A stretch of 64,000 nucleotides of DNA from positions 128,001-192,000 of IMG/VR virus record IMGVR_UViG_3300035698_013504, one strand, 5' to 3'. Both the position numbers and the translations under genes were made by a program. The notes below the pieces were generated by a model, which worked only from the letters and a program-made list of their open reading frames with translations, was not told the origin of the DNA and ran no database searches. The DNA comes from a virus (taxonomy: Duplodnaviria > Caudoviricetes). This document shows, in pieces, positions 57,571 through 64,000 of this stretch. Every line of letters begins with the position of its first letter. The first letter of the stretch is position 1.

Positions 57571-57620
57571 GACCGTCACCCACCCACCGCTGCACGAGTG
57601 GGTGGCGGTCTTCGTTGGTT
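57571..57620 (+). terminator. Hairpin/leaky terminator between Ubl and E2 genes
   Basis: GACCGTCACCCA/TGGGTGGCGGTC 12-bp stem with a weak TTCGTTGGTT tail. Confidence 0.55.
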
Positions 57621-57636
57621 CGTAATGGAGATTCTC

Positions 57637-59421
57637 ATGGAAGTAAGGTTAGAAGCTAGCGGACTCGCTATGTCCCCGGAATCACTTACCCAGCCGCTCT
57701 CCTTTCTATCGCACCAGGTAGGTAAGCCGGTGCGAGTCGTCGATTGGAATGACAGCATCATCAACGCGGACCTGGTAGACCGAAGTGAGCTTCTGGTCTG
57801 CTTCGTGCCGCCAGAGCGCAGTCGCCAGATGCGCGACCACCTCTACTACGGCACCACAGGTCACCGCGCGCTGGAACCAGCGACCTCATCGCGTCGGTCC
57901 GATCGGATACGAACCAGCAGCACGTTCTGTAACGCGCTGCTATTGGATACCGGTCAGGTCGTCGAGCAAACGATGTTGTCCGACGTTGTTCAATGCGCGA
58001 TCCCGGTCCTGGCCGACTTCTTCGACCACGAGGTCCAAACCGCGCAGACCCCCGAGTTTCTCAGGTCAATTACCCGGGGCATACAGCGATTCTTCCAGAC
58101 CAACACCAGAGACGAGCAGGTCATTTTGGCGCAGGCGCAGGAGAAGTACGAGAACCTGCGTGCCGAGATGTATGAAACAAACCGGACGATCATCCGGGCA
58201 CGCGCGATTGTCAACTCGATGCAATTCAGTGAGGAAAGTCTGGTTGACGGCAGGTCGCGTATTGCGGCCAACAGGCTGGCCTCGTTGGTTGACACTGGTG
58301 TGTACAAACGCATCAGGATCACCGAAGATAACGTCGAAGCCGAGACCGGCCATATCGATATCCTCTGGCAGAACTACGCCATTCCGATGGGCACGTACAA
58401 AGTGTACATCAGTTTGTCTACCGGCCGTCTCACCGTCAGAGCGGTTACGTTGTCGCATAACTCGCCTAACGGGTATACCCATCCGCACCTTAGTAGCGGA
58501 GATGTCTGTTGGGGTAATCTCAGCGTTGAGGCGAGTAGGGCTCAGACTCGTGGTAACTGGGGTGATGCTTTGATGTATGCCCACGCACTTCTCCAGTCTT
58601 ACTACCCGGACAACCCGTATATCGTCATCGGTCGTTTCAGCTCAGCCGAGGGGGTTCTCCCCAGCGAATTGATGCACGGCCCCGGCGACGAGGATCGGTG
58701 CGAAGGGTGCGATGATCGTAACTCGCCCTACTGTATCTTCAGCTGTGACCACAACGAGGACGGTGAAAGGTTCACGAGTGATGACTGCTGCGATTACGGC
58801 AACATCACGTGCTACACGACGTGTGACCACAACGCTGACCACTGCTGCATATCGCCGTGCGACAACTGCGACTACAGCAGCCCGACCGTAGCCGACTGCA
58901 TGCGTTGTCAGAATAACCCGCATTTCATGCACAACAACCCGTGTAGGGCCTGTACCGAAGAGTACGTAGACGCCTGCCGCGCCTGCGAGTTCCAATCCCG
59001 GGTCGACGAAGCCGTTAGACGCGGTGTCGAAGACGCCAGACCAACAGAGGAACGTCCAGATGATCCGACAGATTCCGACGGGCCCAGTGACTCCGGCGAC
59101 TCCGGCGAAGAAGCTGACCCCGCCAGTGACACCGGCGTCGAAAGCGAAGGAGCCGGAGGAGGAGGAGGACCTGTCCCAAATCGAGGGAACAGTGATCCGG
59201 TCCCTGTCTCAGCCGAAGCCTCCAACGATTCAGACGTCGGCGAAGCAGTCCGCAACCCCGGTGACGAAGCCAGACCCAGTCGTCGTCGGCAAGGTAGTGA
59301 CGCCGCCAGCATCAGCGCAGACGTCAACACCGGCAACTCTACCGAAACCGTTTACACCGGCAGCCCCAGCAGCGTCGGCTACCCCAGCGACAGCCCCGTC
59401 GGGAGCGAAGTCGACCGTTAA
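57637..59421 (+). CDS. E2/UBC-like conjugating enzyme with N-terminal coiled coil, Cys-rich region and acidic tail
   Basis: HPHLSSGDVCWGN (cf. HPNI.S.G.IC), followed by LLQSY.P.NPY. Confidence 0.8.
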   Translation: MEVRLEASGLAMSPESLTQPLSFLSHQVGKPVRVVDWNDSIINADLVDRSELLVCFVPPERSRQMRDHLYYGTTGHRALEPATSSRRSDRIRTSSTFCNALLLDTGQVVEQTMLSDVVQCAIPVLADFFDHEVQTAQTPEFLRSITRGIQRFFQTNTRDEQVILAQAQEKYENLRAEMYETNRTIIRARAIVNSMQFSEESLVDGRSRIAANRLASLVDTGVYKRIRITEDNVEAETGHIDILWQNYAIPMGTYKVYISLSTGRLTVRAVTLSHNSPNGYTHPHLSSGDVCWGNLSVEASRAQTRGNWGDALMYAHALLQSYYPDNPYIVIGRFSSAEGVLPSELMHGPGDEDRCEGCDDRNSPYCIFSCDHNEDGERFTSDDCCDYGNITCYTTCDHNADHCCISPCDNCDYSSPTVADCMRCQNNPHFMHNNPCRACTEEYVDACRACEFQSRVDEAVRRGVEDARPTEERPDDPTDSDGPSDSGDSGEEADPASDTGVESEGAGGGGGPVPNRGNSDPVPVSAEASNDSDVGEAVRNPGDEARPSRRRQGSDAASISADVNTGNSTETVYTGSPSSVGYPSDSPVGSEVDR

Positions 59422-61144
59422 GCCCGTAGGGACAACGGTCGTGAAGACCGTCGCCGTGCCGAAGCAGCCACGTAACGCTTTCGGCGCCTACGACAGCACT
59501 GTCTATGACGTTGACGACAAGGTTGATCCCCCTGTCAACATCACCATCACTCAAACCGCGTACCAGAAGATCCGGGCATTCACCAATGCCGGGAACAGCC
59601 TCGAGATCAGTACCTTAGGTCTCGTCGATGTGATAACCCACGGACAGACCGAGCCCACCGAGTTACAGGTGAGCGACGTGTTCTTGGTTGAACAAAAGGG
59701 TAGTATGGGTGACACCACGATGGATTCGGAGGCTATCGCCAAGCTCATGATGGAGCTTATTGAAGAAGGCGTTGACACCTCCCGTATCCGCTGTTGGCAC
59801 CACACCCATGGTACCGGCGGTGTTTTCTGGTCTGGAACAGACCACGACACTGCTTCGCGTATCTGCGCCGAGTGGGTCATCTGCCTGGTCACAAACGTGG
59901 CCGGTGACATGATTGCCCGTCTCGATCTCAATACACCCTTCCCCCTAACGGTCGATGAAGTCCCAGTCCGAGTGATATTGGACGGCGAGGACGACGTATG
60001 GGCCATTTGTAAGGAGGAAGTCGCAAAGAAGGTCACGAGTAGTTTCAGCGGAGTTGTCCGAGGTAACAATAAGTGGAACGGCAACTACGGTAACAGCTAC
60101 GGAGGTAGATACGGAGCAGCAGGCGGCGACGACGACGACTTTTCAGGCTGGGGAATGTGTGGTCACCGATCAATCGGTGCGACCGGCAATTCCGCAGCAG
60201 GACAGGACGCGTCGGGAGACCACGTTTACGCCGATCGCTTTGGCGATCCGGATGCGAAGTATGACGAGGTGGTCCACGAGTTAGGGGTCAAACCTGCGGA
60301 TCAGGTTAGTACCCTACCTACGGGCATCGAAATCTACTGTCCGGCCTGTTCGGAGCTGCACAGAGTCATTGACGTGTGCCGAGAGGGCGTTGGAGGCGCC
60401 ACTATCTCCAGCGTCTTCGAAGCCATGGCAAAGCTCATGGCGGAGAAAACGTACATCTGGTGCCCCAACTGTAGGGGTACTGGCGGTATTGCCACCTCAT
60501 GCGTTACCTGCATGGGTTACGGGTATCTCACGGAGCACGAGGTCGAAACTTTCCAGTTACTGCAAAGTGATAACCCCGAAGATCCCACTCCGATGGTCGT
60601 TGTTGAAGCTGACGACGATGACGATACGGCTAAGGCTCTTGCACTCTTTGATGCTCAAGCCGATATCGACGCGGAAGCGGAGATCGGCGAGCGTCTACGG
60701 ATTACCTCCGGCGAGTATGAAGAGATGGCCCTTCCGATGTGCCCGTTCGATCAGCTCCCGATGTTGCCGTACAGCCTACCCGTCTACTGTGCCCAATGTG
60801 ATAACACTCACACGGTTATGGACCCGTGCTTTGAGCCAACAGGGGTTAACGGTGACCGCGTAAGCAGTATCAAGAACACCATGGCTGCCCACATGTCGGT
60901 TCACAAGTTCTTGTGGTGCCCCAGCTGTGTTGGTACCGGCGGAGATAACATGAGTTGCACTGACTGTCAGGGCCTCGGTTATCTCACGCATGAGAAGTAC
61001 GCAGACGTCGAAGCTGACGCTGAAGGCCTGAAGGCTCTCCTCGCCACGCGACATGCCGCGGAGAACCCCAACGAAGAAACCAGTGTTCTGATTGTCAGTG
61101 TATTGGAGGACGAGACCGATGGAACCAGCTGTACAAACACCTGA
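59060..61144 (+). CDS. JAB/MPN+ metalloprotease (deubiquitinase-like) with two C-terminal zinc-finger repeats
   Basis: EISTLG Glu and exact JAMM motif HTH-x7-S-x2-D (HTHGTGGVFWSGTD). Confidence 0.88.
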   Translation: MIRQIPTGPVTPATPAKKLTPPVTPASKAKEPEEEEDLSQIEGTVIRSLSQPKPPTIQTSAKQSATPVTKPDPVVVGKVVTPPASAQTSTPATLPKPFTPAAPAASATPATAPSGAKSTVKPVGTTVVKTVAVPKQPRNAFGAYDSTVYDVDDKVDPPVNITITQTAYQKIRAFTNAGNSLEISTLGLVDVITHGQTEPTELQVSDVFLVEQKGSMGDTTMDSEAIAKLMMELIEEGVDTSRIRCWHHTHGTGGVFWSGTDHDTASRICAEWVICLVTNVAGDMIARLDLNTPFPLTVDEVPVRVILDGEDDVWAICKEEVAKKVTSSFSGVVRGNNKWNGNYGNSYGGRYGAAGGDDDDFSGWGMCGHRSIGATGNSAAGQDASGDHVYADRFGDPDAKYDEVVHELGVKPADQVSTLPTGIEIYCPACSELHRVIDVCREGVGGATISSVFEAMAKLMAEKTYIWCPNCRGTGGIATSCVTCMGYGYLTEHEVETFQLLQSDNPEDPTPMVVVEADDDDDTAKALALFDAQADIDAEAEIGERLRITSGEYEEMALPMCPFDQLPMLPYSLPVYCAQCDNTHTVMDPCFEPTGVNGDRVSSIKNTMAAHMSVHKFLWCPSCVGTGGDNMSCTDCQGLGYLTHEKYADVEADAEGLKALLATRHAAENPNEETSVLIVSVLEDETDGTSCTNT

Positions 61145-61865
61145 AGCCGTTGAAGAAGAAGTTGTCGAGACGGCGGAGGAAGAGGTTGTGGCTGATGACT
61201 TCGAGGCTCCCCCTTCGTACTTACGTCAGTTGGACATTTGCCCGCCCGATAAGCTTCAGTTCCCGATCACAGTGATCGGGGCTGGCGCCATCGGTTCTGC
61301 CGTCGTTCTCGCCATATCGAAGATGGGATGCCAAAACATCACCGTCTTCGACCATGACACTCTGGAGGCACACAACGTGCCCAACCAGATCTGTCTCTCG
61401 GCGGCAGTCGGAGAAGGTAAGGTCGAGGCCCTTGATGCCTTGATTAGGAATTTGTGCGGCTACGGACTCCAAGCCAAAAAGCCCTTCAAGTACACAGGGC
61501 AGACGGTTGAGGGAGTACTCGTACTTGCCGTTGACGACATGGATACACGCATCAACATCTGGAAGTGGATCCAGGAGAATAGCCGTCGTCAGCCGGACCT
61601 CATCATCGATGCTCGTATGGGCGCCGAGGTGGGTCGCATTCACTCAGCCTACATGAACGATACGTTGGGAGTCGAGGCATTTGATGCGAACCTTTACCCG
61701 AGCAGCGAAGCTCTTGAGCTTCCGTGTTCGGCACGTTCGATCATCTTCTGTCCGATCGTGTTGGGAGGCCTGGTCGCCGCGCTTATCAAAAAGCACGCGA
61801 TGGACCAGGACATTCCGCACAACCTGGCGCTCGACATGGAGAACCTGGGTATCGTGCGTTTCTAG
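61119..61865 (+). CDS. E1-like (ThiF/MoeB family) activating enzyme
   Basis: VIGAGAIGS, DHDTLEAHNVPNQ, GKVEAL, AVDDMDTR, IDARMG, candidate catalytic Cys in LPCSAR. Confidence 0.9.
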   Translation: MEPAVQTPEAVEEEVVETAEEEVVADDFEAPPSYLRQLDICPPDKLQFPITVIGAGAIGSAVVLAISKMGCQNITVFDHDTLEAHNVPNQICLSAAVGEGKVEALDALIRNLCGYGLQAKKPFKYTGQTVEGVLVLAVDDMDTRINIWKWIQENSRRQPDLIIDARMGAEVGRIHSAYMNDTLGVEAFDANLYPSSEALELPCSARSIIFCPIVLGGLVAALIKKHAMDQDIPHNLALDMENLGIVRF

Positions 61866-61908
61866 CACGTTAACGCCGTTCAACATATAGACATACGCAA
61901 GTGTGTAT

Positions 61909-61980
61909 GGGGCATAGACGGGAGAGCGAGGCCCGGTAAGGGTCTTTCTCTTCCGTCTTGCCCCCTCTGTTCCCTTTACT
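61909..61980 (+). terminator. Long hairpin after the Ubl operon
   Basis: GGGGCA-TAGACGGGA...TTCCGTCT-TGCCCC followed by a pyrimidine tract. Confidence 0.55.
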
Positions 61981-62057
61981 TTAGTAGTGAGGAGCCTAAT
62001 ACTGTGCTACGCGGAGACGAGTTGGAGAATGTTCTATCTCCGGAAGAACTTAGACGC

Positions 62058-62462
62058 ATGTTTACACAGCCACCGGAATCAATGAACCTTAACCAGCTAA
62101 TCGAATCCCTCGAAGCCCTCCGCGTTGAGTTGAAGGCTGGGGGCACGCCTGTTTCGCTCTCCCTCATCGATCGGCTGGTACTGGACGACGGCGCTGTTGT
62201 GACCCAGGGAGACATCAACGGGCACAAGATCGCCATGGTCGCGGCATGGGCATGCCCCGAAGATGGTAAGGAGGCTATCCTGCTGCGTATAGACCCCGAG
62301 GAAGCAAAGGACGACTTCGTCCATGTAGGAAATACCAACGACGTCGGCGGGAGGCTTGGGCCTCCCAAGATTCTGCGACTGGTTGCCATTTCCGAGTCCT
62401 GCGTCACGATGACCCTCAAGGAATACGAGGATCAGCCTGACGCACAAGATGGAGAGGGGTAA
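62058..62462 (+). CDS. Hypothetical protein (start uncertain)
   Basis: ORF track 62004..62462. Confidence 0.5.
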   Translation: MFTQPPESMNLNQLIESLEALRVELKAGGTPVSLSLIDRLVLDDGAVVTQGDINGHKIAMVAAWACPEDGKEAILLRIDPEEAKDDFVHVGNTNDVGGRLGPPKILRLVAISESCVTMTLKEYEDQPDAQDGEG

Positions 62463-62579
62463 ACACTACCCCGTGCACACACTATGTCCAGCGGACGAGC
62501 CGCGACCCCCAACGAGGACATGGACGCCATCTACGGCGAAGATGCCCCCTAACCTTAATACACAAAGGCGGTACCCTCA

Positions 62580-63329
62580 ATGCCTCTTAACAACGTTTCG
62601 AGCTTCTGCGCCAATCCCGAGAACTTTGCCAATATCCCCACAGCCCCGGCCCGTCAGCCGCATGACGGCCGCCTTATCGTTCATGTCGGGTTCCATTCGA
62701 GCGACAAAGACTTCTTCTGTGCATCCTACTCCCCTGACACTGGTATCTTCACGTGTTGGGAGCAGTACGGCCGGGAGGGCCGAGAGCGTACTGTCGCGGC
62801 GGACTACATCGCGCGTGACTCGGAAAACTACAAGTTGGACTTCACCGGCCCCACACCCATTCAGAAGTTGGCGTCGACCGCTATGAATGGCACTGACCTG
62901 CGCATGGATATCACAGCAACGTGCCCGGGGTGTAGCGAGTCTGAAGGGCGGGTCCACCAGATCGGCTGCGAGATGGAGATTTGTCCCTTCTGTGGTGGCA
63001 AGCTCTTCGGCTGTGCCTGTCGATTCAGGCTCTTGAGCCTTGTCGACCCGAGTACGTACGACGCGACGACGGGGTTTCTGCCCCCTGAGGTCTTCGCGGA
63101 CGGGCTTAACGACGAGATGCAGGCCCGCTGGAATCAGATACTCGCCGATAGAGGCCGATGCGTCTTTATCAAGTATCCGCCTCTCTGTTCGTACTGCGGC
63201 ACACCCAGGAACCTGATGTCCCCCCTTCCCGTAGAATGGGGTGCGTTCGTCGCACTGGATTATCAGGGTAAGCCTATGTGCCACCAGTGTTTCGCGCGTA
63301 TCAAGCATCTCACACTTCGCGCCAGATAA
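62580..63329 (+). CDS. Cys/His-rich hypothetical protein (paralogue 1)
   Basis: CPGC..G..H..GC..E.CPFCG...GC.C; CSYCG; CHQC. Confidence 0.65.
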   Translation: MPLNNVSSFCANPENFANIPTAPARQPHDGRLIVHVGFHSSDKDFFCASYSPDTGIFTCWEQYGREGRERTVAADYIARDSENYKLDFTGPTPIQKLASTAMNGTDLRMDITATCPGCSESEGRVHQIGCEMEICPFCGGKLFGCACRFRLLSLVDPSTYDATTGFLPPEVFADGLNDEMQARWNQILADRGRCVFIKYPPLCSYCGTPRNLMSPLPVEWGAFVALDYQGKPMCHQCFARIKHLTLRAR

Positions 63330-63353
63330 CCCGTTACGCATAGGAGGCATCGC

Positions 63354-64000
63354 ATGCCTAGGCCCGACCTTTCCAACTTCTGTCTTGGGGCGCGCGATTT
63401 AGATCGCATTCCGATCGTACCGATCATACAGTCGCATGACCCCCGCCCCATGGTCTATATCGGTTTCAACTACGAAGGCGTGGATTTCTTCTGCTTCTCT
63501 TACAACCCCGAGACAGGAGTCTTCGAGTGTTACGTAGATAATGATAGCAGCGGGTGGTACAGCTCTGTCTCCGTCCACTACATATCGCGGGACCCCGATC
63601 ACTACGTGTTGGACATCATGACCCCCATAGGGCTTCAGAGGGTCGCCCACCACGCCATGACGCCTATGGACCTCCGTATGGACACTAAGGCCACATGTTT
63701 TGCCTGTGGGGCCATAGAGGGACAGCGGCACTCTGAGACCTGTATCTTGGAGCTATGCCCCCTCTGTGGTAAGACTCTCTCCGGTTGTTTCTGCAATTAC
63801 GAGTTTCTTGGTCTTCTCAACCGGGATCTCTTCGACACGTCCACGAACTTCTTGCCACTAGAGATCTACCACAATGGGCTTAGCCAGTCTCAGGAGAGAG
63901 CGTGGTGCGATCATCTTGAGGACGTAGGGCGAATTCCCTTTATCAAGTATCCGTGCCTGTGTGGCTACTGTGGGACGCCACACAACCTCATTTACGACCA
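63354..64000 (+). CDS. Cys/His-rich hypothetical protein (paralogue 2, runs off the window; absent from the ORF track)
   Basis: SD AGGAGG; MPRPDLSNFC...DFFCFSYNPETGVFEC...CFACG..G.RH..C..ELCPLCG..SGC.C aligns to paralogue 1. Confidence 0.7.
   Translation, partial: MPRPDLSNFCLGARDLDRIPIVPIIQSHDPRPMVYIGFNYEGVDFFCFSYNPETGVFECYVDNDSSGWYSSVSVHYISRDPDHYVLDIMTPIGLQRVAHHAMTPMDLRMDTKATCFACGAIEGQRHSETCILELCPLCGKTLSGCFCNYEFLGLLNRDLFDTSTNFLPLEIYHNGLSQSQERAWCDHLEDVGRIPFIKYPCLCGYCGTPHNLIYD

Noticed and set aside
1-64000. Alternative genetic code (stop-codon reassignment) as in some jumbo phages
   Set aside because: Conserved genes are full-length under code 11 and use TAA, TAG and TGA as stops.

Overview
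64 kb segment of a large (jumbo-type) dsDNA bacteriophage genome. Essentially every real gene is on the + strand, standard code 11 gives dense coding, and there are no cellular housekeeping operons. From left to right: (1) a replication/recombination block with SbcC/Rad50, a small stand-alone RAMP/Cas7-like gene, SF2 helicase, DnaB-like helicase, primase, a UDG-fused family A DNA polymerase split by a group I intron carrying an HNH endonuclease, putative SSB and RecA; (2) about 20 kb of mostly hypothetical ORFs, plus a spore-photoproduct-lyase-like radical SAM enzyme, MazG-like protein, DnaQ exonuclease and RuvC; (3) a putative portal gene followed by a PAS-GAF sensor and an ~11 kb glycan cluster (NeuB, NeuA fused to a GT29 sialyltransferase, deacetylase, formyltransferase, three radical SAM enzymes, GT2-type transferases); (4) an RNA island with tmRNA, five copies of a shared Y-RNA-like motif (two carrying circularly permuted tRNA modules), two tRNA-shaped RNAs with long inserts, Ro60/TROVE and a MYG1-family exonuclease; (5) a complete ubiquitin-like conjugation operon (Ubl ending GG|RLVG, E2, JAB/MPN+, E1); (6) tandem Cys-rich paralogues. 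All calls come from motif reading by eye; no database search or folding program was run.
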